A program made the position numbers and the translations under genes. Shown here in pieces: positions 51,101-62,943 of a DNA stretch of 64,000 nucleotides (positions are counted from its first letter, which is position 1; each line of letters begins with the position of its first letter). The notes below the pieces were generated by a model. It made no database searches. It was not told the origin of the DNA and saw nothing but the letters and a program-made list of their open reading frames with translations. This DNA comes from Selaginella moellendorffii. Its lineage: Eukaryota > Plantae > Lycopodiophyta. Location of the stretch: positions 1 through 64,000 of the forward strand of contig NW_003314352.1 in assembly GCF_000143415.4 (NCBI RefSeq). Reading direction: 5' to 3'.

Positions 51101-54100
51101 GGTGCACCCAAGCTAGCCCTTACGGCCAAGGGTTCATAGCAACTGAGATTAGGTGTCCCCATCTCACTCACCACGACCTTGGTGCCACTTGCACCAAAGC
51201 GTTCAAGTTAGATATGCCGAGCTTTCACACTAAGCAATCTAACCGTGCATCACGACTCCGAGGCATCCCTCGCTTGGCGGTGTGCCCAAACCAGTCTCCC
51301 CACTGAGAGTCCATGACCACCGAAATATGAGTGTCCTCATATTCCAAACCATCACCACGCCCTAGTGATTTGGGACTCGAACCCAAGCACTAGAGGGTTG
51401 GGACTCGAACCCAACCTCCGTATATGCATCTACGGATGGCATCACACTAGATGCCTGGCGTGACTCCCCACGCCGGTGCACCAACCTATTTTTAAAGCGC
51501 GCTACAGATCACAGCTTAGGAACCTAGTTCCTCCACACTGCCAAGTCCTCTCACTTGACATGTCTGTGATCATGCATGGACTCCTCCATGCTCGGCCCCC
51601 TGGCCCACCCTTTTTGAAGATATCACCTTCAACTAGGGTCTTTGTTCCCCCGACGTGCCAATCTCACTTGGCAAGTCCTCCGACCTTTGTAACATGGTTC
51701 CTGCATAAGCGTGAAAGTCCTTGACCATCGACTTTCGTTCAAAGCCCTCTCTTTGAACACTCGGGAACTACTTCCCTAACCTTGATAACCTTGCCTCATG
51801 GCAAGCTTCAAGACCACGCTTCTGCTGCGCCACTCTGATTTCGCGCATTCCATGAACCATTTACACTTGGCCTTTTTAGGTACTACGCTACCTAGAATCG
51901 TCTTTGGGAACCTTGAAGGAACTCTGTCCCTCAGCTTGCTAAGGCCTCCCCTTTCGCAAGCTTTATAGTTGCCATATAGTCTAACATGGACAATTCCATA
52001 TTTTAGACTCTCCATGGCATCACGGTTGCTAGCAACAACATCCTCGAGCACCCTCTTGATTCTCCACTCCCAACTTTCATAACCACTGTTGGATATGCCC
52101 TTTGATTTCTATGGTTTAGTTCCATCCCAACACTACTTGCCTTTGGCTTCACACCTTTCCTTCGGTCATTCTCCTCCAGACCAGGAGGATAGCTTTGCAC
52201 TTTCTATCATGCCTTAGCAAGTATTCTTAGGGATGAACCTACCCAATAGCCCAGGGAGTGGTTCCTCAATCCGGGTATGCTCAGCTTATAATCCCACACA
52301 CTGGGGTTACATTGTTGCTTATGGGCCTTTACATGCCCATCACTAGCCTTGCCAAAATTCCGTTTTTAGCTTTGTCCAACTTGGGTAGACAGTCCTCTCC
52401 TGTCTCCGCAACCTTGGACATTTGGATAGCACCTTCTATCCATCATTCGCTAGGGACTTAGTCCCTTGGGCTTTATCCATTGCCCTCGCGACATCAAACA
52501 CCACCTTCTGGTGTTCTAGAGTGTTCGGGTGTCCCAATGATGGCTTTCTTGACAATGAGTATTTCCTTTTATGACATTGACTTACTATATCGCAACATAA
52601 GCAACTTATCCCCCGTAAGGGTATATCCGACTTCCCTATACTAGAAGTCTTGGGTAGCTACCTTCTACCCATTTAACCAGTTATTTTGCACCTCTTGCTT
52701 AGTTGCCTTATAGTTGTCAAGTCCTACAACTCATTGCTTGGTGCTTTCACACCTCCATCACTATCTGGGTCACCACACTCCAACTGCATGCTCTGCAGCT
52801 TAGGCTATGCCATTCCCATTTCCATTGGGATTCCTTTGGCAAGGGGTTCTCATGAACCCACCAACATAGCCTCAAGGTATCACACCTTGGCACATTTGGT
52901 GTCTCCACACCATCGGCTCCACGAGCCTACCTCTATGACATTTCCATTCGTGTCTAAGTCTTTGCCAAGACCAACACCGCTCTTTTTCATGCCAACCATC
53001 TGTTAGCACTGCCCCATAGAGGTCACACACAACTTCATGTCAAAGTTGTTTTCTTCTGGGAACACCTTTCCTATAACTTTAGCATGGCACATTTTGCCAT
53101 CGATGAGATACTCTCTGTTCTCATCCTTGGATCCTATGATCCCCCCCCATCCTTTGTGGGGTACAACGCACCTCAGTCCAAATGCTTCATTCAGTCCTTT
53201 TTAGGACCATCCCTTGACTCTACTTGAGTCGTCTAGCAGTTTTGGACTTGGTTAATCCACCGACCCGTAAGGTCCTACTTGTGAGGCACTAGCTCACTGG
53301 AATACACATCTTGCATTCCGGTCCTACTCAAAAGGACTATTTTCACAAGTGTTACTCCGACACTTGATTTTGTTCTCTGGGGGCAACCTTTGCCCCTTAG
53401 GACTACTTGTCCATGTGATGAGAATACCAACTCATCCACTTAATACACCCCCAACTCCTTGGGTTGTTCCAGCATTTATTAGAGGTAGCCCCGGCTACCA
53501 TTTCAAGGACTTGAGTCCTCTTCCGTATTTGACTTTCCACGGTCATTACCTTTGGTCTCACATTCATGAGCACCAACCTCAACTATATGAGGATAATCTT
53601 GTGACTCCTTTATTGTTTTGGAGTCTCTATCTTTCCCGTGATCCCAACTTTAGTTGTTTACCACAACAACCTAAGCCAATTTGCTGAGACAAATGCTCAT
53701 CCGGATCACATCCTCAACTCAATGAGGAAAATCTTGCATTGTTCCCAAGATCCCAAAGTCGTTCCATTATTGGCCCTTTTCTATCCACCACCTCGTCTAC
53801 AAGTTCACACATGAACTGTAATGGAGAGCCATGTCTTCCAGACTTGCTACTCCTCAAGGATAGGCCCACTCCTCGGACCTTCTGATGCCAACACTAGTGG
53901 TGATATACTTGAGCACCAATAAAAGTCGGACTAAGGAACAGCTCCGATACCAAATTGTAAGCGATTAATTTTTCCATTCTACTTTAGTCACTTAACCACA
54001 CCTTCGACCACTTGGAGGAGTCTCACTCACAACCTCCTTAAGTCCAATTCAGGACTTGGACTTGCTAGCCCCAAGAATGGCATCCATGCCACTCAACACT

Positions 54101-55681
54101 TGCACCTGGTCCAAGTGCTCCACGTGTCCGGTCCCAAGACCGACACCCAAAGGTACCACTGACATCTCGGCCCATTACGCTAAGGCCATGCCCATTCACC
54201 TTTGCTGCACTAGTGGTCCAATACCACTTGCATCACCATCCCGTCTCTCCAAGACTGGGCCATCGGTCCACGAGTGGTCATCCTAGATCCACTCCTTAGC
54301 ATCTTTAGGATGCCCACAGACCTGGGGAATCGCCTTCCCCAAAGTCCCTTTGTCAATTCCTACCAAGTCCCTTTTTGCCCCTGGCCGTGTTTGCCAACAC
54401 TGCCACTGGATCGAGGTCCACAGGCCCGACCACTAAGTCCCATGGTCCTCTGGGACTTCCTCACCACACGACTGTGTCCTTGGTCACTACCCCAGAGGAC
54501 TGCTCCTCTTCCTTTCCACAGTCTAGGCCTTTGGGACAACATTTCGGAACACCGTGGCCTTACGCGAGCCACTTGGGTACTCTCCCCGCCTTTCGCCTTT
54601 AGGTGCTCTAGCCATGGGCTTAGAGCGAGGTTCCATTGAGCCACACCTGGTATCCAAGTAGGTAGTGCCACCCACACTTGGACTGGGAGCATCGGCCAGT
54701 CGATCTCCCGGGGGAACTAGAGCCGGCTCTTGAACACTTCACCAAGCTACCCCGCTTGTCGGTCCGTGTTCACTCTAGTCTTGGACTTCCCAGTGGGCAT
54801 CTCATCACCCAACACTGGGTCCGGCCTTCCTGGGCCAAACTAGCCTTTCCTGGCCAAACTGGCTCCACTGCAGTCCTCCCCCTAGTATACTTTTGGAGCT
54901 CACCAAACCCCCCAGGGTCTGGGAGACGAACGCTTTGGGCTTTCACCCTCTCAGGCTCCGGACTCGGACTCGGACTCGGACTCGGACTCGGACTCGGACT
55001 CGGGCTCGGGCTCGGTCTCGGCCTCGGCCTCGGTCTCGGTCTCGGTCCCGATCTCGGTCTCGGTCTCAGTCTCGGTCCCGGTCTCGGTCTCGACTTCGGA
55101 CTCCATCTCGGACTCCATCTCGGACTCCATCTTGGGTCCATCTCGGACTCCATCTCGGGTCCATCTCGGACTCCATCTCGGACTCCATTTCGGGTCCATC
55201 TCGGGTCCACCTCGGACTCCATCTCGGACTCCATCTCGGACTCCATCTCGGGTCCATCTCAGACTCCACTTCGGACTCCAGCTCGGGTCCATCTCGGGTC
55301 CACCTCGGACTCCATCTCGGACTCCACTTCGGACTCCAACTCGGGTCCATCTCGGGTCCACCTCGGACTCCATCTCGGACTCCACTTTGGACTCCAACTC
55401 GGGTCCATCTCGGGTCCACCTCGGACTCCACTTCGGACTCCATCTCGGACACTCCCACGTGTCATGTGTTGGTCCTTTTGGGTCCCTTTTTGGAGCCTTG
55501 CCTTTTGCTCGCTTCGTGCTCGTTCCTCGAGCACTTCGTTGGGAGTTCCACTCCCGCTCTTGACTTTTCAAGTTGGAGCTTTTGGTCCAAACGTGTTACG
55601 CTCGTTTGGCTCTCGCTTCGGCCACTACCATGTGGCTTCCTTCCGGCTCCACTTTGGGGCCTAGGGATTTTGTGTCTCACA
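48167..55681 (-). mobile_element. Complete non-autonomous (LARD-like) family B LTR retroelement with TSD GCAAC
   Basis: Near-identical ~1.73-kb LTRs 48167-49893 and 53956-55681, GCAAC at 48162-48166 and 55682-55686, PBS TGGTATCGGAGC 53941-53952, PPT next to 49894; 4-kb interior has no long ORF. Confidence 0.95.
51362..51482 (-). other. Array of five abutting stem-loops, two with TTCGAGT (tRNA T-loop/B-box) loops
   Basis: Stems ctagtg/cactag + ttggg/cccaa, ggttggg/cccaacc, tccgta/tacgga, ggcatc/gatgcc, ggcgtg/cacgcc, then palindrome ggtgcacc. Confidence 0.75.
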
Positions 55682-58284
55682 GCAACTTACCTCTGTATGG
55701 CCATCTTCACGCCACCACATTCAAATCTTGTTTACTTTTGCCTTATGCTCTTCTTCAGAAGGTGCAATCTGCCATTGTTTGCACAACTCCTTAAATATTG
55801 ATTGAAACTTTAGCTTGATAAGGTGGTAGTGCTGGTTTAGGCTTTGAGCCCAATGGAACTCACAAGTCCTTTCACGACCTTCCAATGGCTAACCATTCCC
55901 AAAAAGTGCTTGGACACCATTCTAGTTTGCACCAGCCCCATCTGCCATGAAACCGCGAAAGTTTGCAGGCTTACCAGTCTGCTTTAGGACAAGATCCATT
56001 CGGGAGACAAGATCTACGCCAGAGGCAGGGCCCATGGTAGACATTTTGAAGACGAAGGAGTGCTCTTGCTCATTCACAACTTGGTCTGGAAACAAACTTC
56101 CGTGGATGAACTCGTATGGACCGATCCATTTCAATTCAAGGATAGAGTCAATTTTTGATTGCAACTTCCCCTTTCGAGATTCACACATCCAAAATTTTAT
56201 CCTAAACAATATAATGTAAGAAAAAATTATTATTATAACGTATGAAATATAACGAATGTACCTCCTTAGAGTAGTAGTAGGTTGTACTCCTCTTAGTAAG
56301 TCCCGCAAGATAGCCTCGTTTAGTTGAGTCTTTTGGCAACCTGGATTGAGTAAGGTGCTTGCGATAAAATCCTTGAGGACGGTCTTTGAATATGCTTCGG
56401 AGTTGCAAATGAGTTTCTCATAGTCTCTTCCTGCACAGCATCTTTAAAACGGTTGAGAAAACTCCTTTGTATCCCTTCCTGCATTGGATGCATATGTGTG
56501 CCAACATGCACTGCAGCTCTTCCAGCCACTCCATCCCGTGGAAGAAAGTAGTACATCTTAGCCTCGCAGATAGCACGATATAGAGGAGCATTTTTGCAGA
56601 ATCGACACTTGAATCCAACAGCAATGGTGTCACAGGCTGGAAGATTGACTGTAGACCCTTCAAAAAATATAAAGTTTCTATAGCGGTCTCGATTGCATGC
56701 TTCATCCACACAATCTAAATGCCCACCACAATGAACTATAAACACTATGCCTTCAAAATGTTGAAAGTGTGTAGTCTTGATCTTGCACCAATTGTGGACA
56801 TCTTGTTTGGTTTCTATCCCCTTCTATTTAGAATTTGTGCTACTGACAAAAGGTGGTAGCTCGAAGAAAATGTTGCTGTTGTAGGAGGATGGAAGCTCAC
56901 TAACAAGCTTATACAAAAACAAGTGCACGTCGATTGAGAAGCATGAAAACTAGAAAATATTGCTAACGGCTTTGAATATTGCTAAAGTTAGAGCTGAAGC
57001 TGGAGCTAGAGCTGGTGAATTCGGCACCAACACTAGCATGACTTCTTCACTTGAACTAGAAAAGGACGAGAGGATAATGATTGACTCTTGCTTCACATTC
57101 ACTTTGGCTAGAGTGCATTTTGGCATTTTAACTGGAGATCCAAACACTCGAATTTCCTTCGACTTGGAATTTTGTAAATCCCATTGTTGTCCACCCTCGC
57201 CCACACCAGAAAAAAGAAACTCCAAGTATGCAACTATACTAGTGTCGTTGCGAATCATAGCCTCTAAAGAAATAGAGCCAAGATGAAAATCAAAACGCCA
57301 ACATAAAAAACTTTTAGAAACAATACTTTGAGAGAATGAAAGAGGTGGGTGATCTCGAAAATGAAGAAGAAACCTCTCCATCCTTCTCAATAGGTTTTGG
57401 AGTTCTCTCTCTTTATGCTACTTGTGAAAATCCATAGTGAAACATAATTGAAATTTAAATAGAGTAATAAGAAGACAACGTACAAAATGAATTTAAATTC
57501 TATAGCAAATTTAACATGTTCAAGTGTGATAGTATTAATATTACTGTCATCTATTATGATGTTTGATGCATGTATACACATAAATCCAAGGAAGGATTTT
57601 CAGCACGTGAAGTTTGATAGTTAATAATGATACTAGTAATGACATTTTGCTATAGCGTGTCAAAAAAAGGGATCCAATTTAACTGTCAGTATGTGTGATA
57701 TGTCAAGTTGTCAAATTTTAAATGGTAGATGAGAATAAATCTTGATAATAAATCTTGTCAAATCTTATTCTTCACTGACATATTTGATTCATAGTACAAC
57801 TCAAGTTTTATCCATAATTGTGAACACTGCTCAGTGATATTTAAAGCACGTGCCTATTGTTTAGGATCTAATACAACACAAAATAAATTTCTGGATGAGG
57901 ATTCATCCATTCATAGATGGATATAGTACAACATATTTTAATGTGCCTTATTTATACTCTTTAAAGTTCTTATAATGATTCCAAAATATGTACAAAATAT
58001 TGATGAGAATGCATCCTTTCTAGATAATTTGTAAAATATAATATCATATCTCTAATAACAGAAATGTTGATAGGTGCTAGTTATATCATCATTAAAATAT
58101 ACAAAATAAAGAAGCATAATTTACATATAATAATAATGATAAGATAAAATAAGATCAAAGATATTGTGATGGTTGAGATTTAGGTTATTCGGAATGAATG
58201 GCCAGGATGAGAGATTGGTTAGGGTTAGGGCAGCCGTCAGGATTAGGGTTAGGGTAGCTGCCAAGATTAGGTTACTGTTCGTGA

Positions 58285-58520
58285 GCATGCGAGAGATCGA
58301 GAGATTGAGCATGAAAGAGATCGAGGGATTGAGCACGAAGAAGATCGAGGGATTGAGTGCGAAGGAGATCGAGCGATTGAGCGTGCAAGAGATGGAGAGA
58401 TTGAGTGTGCGAGTTGGAGAGATTGAGCATGCGAGTGGGAGAGATTGAGCACGCGAGCAGGAGAGATTGAGCACGCAAGCGGGAGAGATTGAGCACGCAA
58501 GTGGGAGAGATTGAGCGCAC
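58285..58520 (+). repeat. Minisatellite, ~20-bp unit GAGAGATTGAGCACGCRAGY, about 11 degenerate copies
   Basis: gattgag recurs every ~20-21 bp. Confidence 0.85.
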
Positions 58521-58622
58521 AAGAAATCCAGCACGATCAAGAAATCCACCAAGGGTGAGTTTTGATTTGATTGCTTTCACTTCCATTTTTTTCTTCTTGC
58601 TTCTTTCTTGATTGCTTCTTTA

Positions 58623-58816
58623 GGGCTGGCCACCTTAGGCAGTTTTGCTAGCCAAGAGGCTGAGGTTATTTGAATAACATCAGCCCCTCGGGTGGCCAAA
58701 TTGCCCGAGGTCGAGCCCAAGCTAGCCACCTTGGGTAGTTTTGTTGGCTGAGGGGCGAAGGTTATTTGAATAACCTCAGCCCCTTGGGCAGGAAAACTGC
58801 CCGAGGTGGCCAGCCC
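58623..58816. repeat. Foldback/MITE-like element made of two tandem ~86-bp imperfect palindromes
   Basis: Terminal inverted repeat gggctggccaccttaggcagtttt / aaaactgcccgaggtggccagccc (22 of 24); each unit centred on aggttatttgaataac. Confidence 0.7.
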
Positions 58817-59044
58817 GCGCTGTTGGTTGTTGGAGCCAAGAAGACACGAGAAGTTTAATTCGGCACTGACAACGACATCACAACATGTCCATTGGCATAA
58901 CAGAGACACATTTACTTAGAGATTCATTGCCTCCACCACCATCACCTCCACCATCACCACCTCCACCACCACTATCACCATCTCCACCACCTCCATCACC
59001 ACCTCCACGACCACCATCGCCACTGCCACCACCACCATTGCCAC

Positions 59045-59350
59045 AATCTCGGATGTGATGCCGTTGTTCCTGGCATGCAAAAAGAGATTAGAAACATACC
59101 GATATTTGTTGCAAGGCCATGCTGTTTAAACAAGTTGTATATATCCGGGTTGACATACTTGGATGCTATGCAGACAAGGTTCGTCTGCTGCAACGGCAAA
59201 GTGGGATTTCTTTGATCAAGTCACAAGGGCCGGGCCACTTGAGTGCCTCAAGTGTTTGGTGAATTATTTTTTCCCTTGTCTGCATAACAGTTTCTTGGAA
59301 GCACTTGTCCACCACATTGTCAAGAAGGTCTGCAACTCTTTCAGCTTCAG
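59045..59350 (-). pseudogene. Second, truncated copy of the ParB/Srx-like N-terminal domain family
   Basis: ETVMQTREKIIHQTLEALKWPGP..KEIPLCR/LQQTNLVC...FKQHGLATNIGMFLISFCMPGT aligns to ETIIQAQEQTVSKVLQEMV*NGPHHFLVPLCRLVQSHYVC...FAKVGFGSTIGTFIVLQSFPRT at 19085-19306. Confidence 0.6.
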
Positions 59351-59625
59351 ATTGTTCCTCAAGTTCCCTATCGTAAACACCACTAGATTGCCCAACTTCA
59401 GGGATTTGCACTGGTGGTGGGCCAGTGTGGAGTAAAGGTGGAGGTGGTAGTGGTGATGGTGGGGGCGGTGGTGGTGGCAGTGGCGGCGGGGGCAGAGGCA
59501 ATAGTGGCAGGCTGGGATCCTATTTAGAGGAGGAAGTCCTTAGAATTTGATAACATGCTTATCAAACATTCTGAGACTCAACAACTTGCTTTTATAGATC
59601 TATTCTATGTCCCCAATAACACAAC

Positions 59626-60148
59626 TATAGCACATGTGATCATGGGATGAGATTTGGATATATTGTCACCGTGGATCCTTGGAACTTTGGGGGATAAATG
59701 GGGATAAAATAGCCACTAAGGGCTCTTTTATTAAACAATTGCCCCTTTTCCAGTTGGCTTAAGGGGAGAGAGATAAGGTGCGCTACAGTTGGTATCAGAG
59801 AAAATGGCATGGGTTTGATTCCCATTGATTAGTGGCTACTTAAAAATATAATATACCTTTGAGCAAGGTATATTCCTACCCCTAAATTTGAAATCGTACG
59901 TATTAGGCATCCATGCATATGTCCTTCCTCTTGTGTGGAGTATCCACCGTGGGATTATAGTGCGGGTGGATGACTAGTTACCTCATATGGAGAATATTGA
60001 CATCTTTAAAGGGGGGTTGGGGGGTGAGTGTAGCACATGTGATCATAGGATGAGATTTGGATATACTATCACCGTGGATCCTTGAAACCTTGGGGGATAA
60101 ATGTGGATAAAATAGCCACGAAGGGCTCTTTTATCAAGCAATTGCCCT
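59626..60148 (+). mobile_element. TRIM (terminal-repeat retrotransposon in miniature), second LTR truncated
   Basis: ~162-bp LTR 59626-59787, PBS TGGTATCAGAG 59790-59800, ~240-bp non-coding interior, G-rich PPT before 60029, repeat copy 60029-60148. Confidence 0.8.
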
Positions 60149-60257
60149 TGGGGGGGGGGGGTTCCATATACAAGAAGGGTTCTTATATCTAAACCACTAT
60201 CTCTACTATCTCTATTATATATTTGGAACCCTCTATAGGAACCCCCTTATAGCTATA

Positions 60258-62943
60258 GGGGGTTCCAAATATATAGTAGAGATAGTGGGTAGGTTGGGCA
60301 TGGCTAACCAACCTAAGGCATAGTTTAGCTTTTACTTGCATGTCTATCCTTGTTTTGTATTTGGCTTAGGTCTAAGCCCAAGTTCCATTCCATAATAGTT
60401 GGTGGAGTACCCATGTCCTTGTGTTAGGCCATCGGTATGCCAAAATAGCACTAGACTTTGTTTGGCTCTATTTTACATGCTAGTTCTGGCAATGGGATGT
60501 TGGTTGCTTTAGGACTATTCCAAATTGCTCCAGGCTCCTTTCCCTTTGCTCCTTAGGCTGTATGTTTGGGAGTTGCTCCATGGTTTGGTTCTGTCACTTT
60601 TTGGCTCCATTCTTAGGAGTTTGACACCGTTCCTTCATTCAGTGGCCCAAAGCCCTGAACCTCGGGTTCCACACCATTGTCCTATGGACATGTGGCATAT
60701 AACACATGGCATATAAAGAGTTTAGGTTCCGCTTCATAGTTATTGTATGGTAAATCACTATAGAATAAAGGGTAAAAACCATGTGCACTACATTTGGTAT
60801 TAGAGAATGAGTCTCAATGAGTACTATCCAATGCGGTTGGGCAACTAGTCTCGTTGCATACGCAGAGATGAAAACAATGATCCAAGTGGGTACACATTGG
60901 GTGCAAAGACTTCGCAATCATTCCTTGGGTATGGATTTGGTTACCTTTTTATACCGTAATAATGTGAGCTTGCTCTTGGGCTCATAAGAGGGATTGAGAT
61001 TTTCCATTTACACGAATTTGTGATTGGGCTCGTGAGTGAGGCACATTAGCAACTCAAGGTTACACTTTGAGTTGGCAGAATTAATGCTAACCTATCGGTG
61101 GTTCCATGAGTTGTTCCAATGGTTCCATGAGTTGTTCTGTATATCGTGGGTTAAAAGTAAACCTTTCTCTAGGTTTGCTATGAATGGTAAATAGGCTAGT
61201 CCGTAGCTATTTAGCACGGCACTAGTGGATCCTTCCTAGCCATGATTACAAGTGGACTAACCAAGACTATAGAGATTAGTTTATTGGTTCAAGTAGTCAT
61301 TACCGTGCTTTTTCATAAACTTTTCTTAGATTGGATTGAAAGCAGTGCAAATGCAAGCTTGAGGCTTGGTCAAAGATGAAACCGAAAAGAGAGTCATCGG
61401 GGATGAAGGATTAAACATGTAAATCATTTCCTCTTCTTGGAGAGATAATTTGCAACGAGATGTTAACTCAATGCTTGTGTTCATATCATGCAATCAAGAG
61501 TCCTTACCTTGATGCATGTTGGTTATGTTAGTCTTACAAATGGCAAGTTGTGGGATAGATAGTGGTGAAGTGCTATACCATTTTGTCTAGGCTTGTTATT
61601 AAAGATTTGGGTTGCAATGCTCAATTCTTTTCTAGGGAAACTTGCTATTGCTCCTAGAGTACCTTGGTGATAGATTAATTTTGAGTTTGGTCTAAAAGAG
61701 AGTGGCATGAGCTTGTCTATGTTGTGAACAAAAGTTAGTGGTGTTCAATGTTATAAATCTCTATCAATGAAGTGTGGCATTTGTGTTGCATTTTGTTGAT
61801 TTGAGTTGGCACTTGATATTCACATAAACTTTTGAAGTAATGACATTAGTATTGCTCGTGGTGTTGCTTGATTGATGATCAAGACATTGTGATTTTTATA
61901 TCATATCCATGTGATAGTGAGTAATGTGTTTACGAAGTTGCTTGGTTAAATAATGATCAACCCCAAAGTGGTTAATAGTGAGGCTAGTCTACTTGCACGA
62001 AGTAGCATTGTAGTAGCTTTGACTGGATTCTCGATAGTGGTCCATTATGCTAAGTTTAAGTTGGTACCTTGATCGTTGAGAGTTTGCCCATTGAGGTGTT
62101 AGAAAAGATTATAACATTCATTTGCTATGGCTTGTTAGTTGATCCGTTAGCATTTGGAGGAAATTGTTGGATGGAGAAAGTGTGTAGTTGAGGCATTGAT
62201 ATTGCTAACACTTGTTAGTGGAAGTGGCATTGTTATTTCAAGTGATGAGGAATTTTTCCTTAAAGCTTGATTTTCCATATTATTTTTCTTGTTAGTGTTT
62301 TAACTTCACATTGGATCTTAAAGGTGGTTGAAGAAGAGTGTTAATGTAATGTGGATGTTTGAAGATATGATCTTTAAGATCAAGCCTTGGATGTTCATTT
62401 TGCATTTTTGCGGATATCGGTGTTGGATATAAAAAATGTGGGCAAGATGTTAGAGGCTTAGGCATACTATGAGTCATGAGAATTAATGTTGAGGTGAACC
62501 TATGTGAAGTTATTAGTAGGAGGAAGTTGGTTGAATCTTGAAAGTTTGTATTCCTGGACTGAGAATCATTTTTTCTCTATGATGGAAAAATCTCCACAAA
62601 TTTTCTTAGACTTTACCAATAGCTAATTTGTTGATCACTTTGTCCAAAAACCATTCCGTTTTCGTAAGCCAGTACAAACTAGTGAAGGGGTTAGAGTTGA
62701 CTTTGGTTGGCTTATATCTTAGTAGATAGTTTGTATGATGCAACCTGAAAGAGATGCTAACTTTTGGGGTTAAGGCAATTGAGTTGGATAGAATCTGGAG
62801 TTCGTGTAGAAAAGTGGCTGTTGCGCTTTTCTAGAAAGGTGACATTTGTGCCTTTCTTTTATAGTATTATGCTTGGTGGTAAGTTGCACCTTGCATTTTG
62901 TTATACTTTATGAGAGTAGTGAACTCTCATTGATCTTGACTTG
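60258..62943 (+). mobile_element. Decayed family D element (partial 5' LTR to 60792, PBS-like TGGTATTAGAG, AT-rich interior)
   Basis: 60258-60792 is the reverse complement of 40474-41020; 62140-62943 of 44350-45130. Confidence 0.7.

Larger units (their letters stand above)
46834..57390 (-). mobile_element. Mutator/MULE-superfamily transposase pseudogene with GCM-like N-terminal Zn domain and C-terminal SWIM finger, split by a family B LTR element
   Basis: CGGHLDC...CRFC...C.A..Y...RAAVHVGTHMHP (56320-56745); FRGFMADGAGAN, RERTCEFHWAQSL (CxxH), WLGWW..R..QWG, NLSESKH (catalytic E region), SWIM FPSCTCPNF...PCKY (46834-47000); frame restored across the insertion (EVSC|LPQLESWLGWW). Confidence 0.78.

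Noticed and set aside
51362-51482. A true tRNA gene or hammerhead ribozyme
   Set aside because: No acceptor stem, A-box or anticodon geometry found; no CUGANGA/GAAA core in the right arrangement
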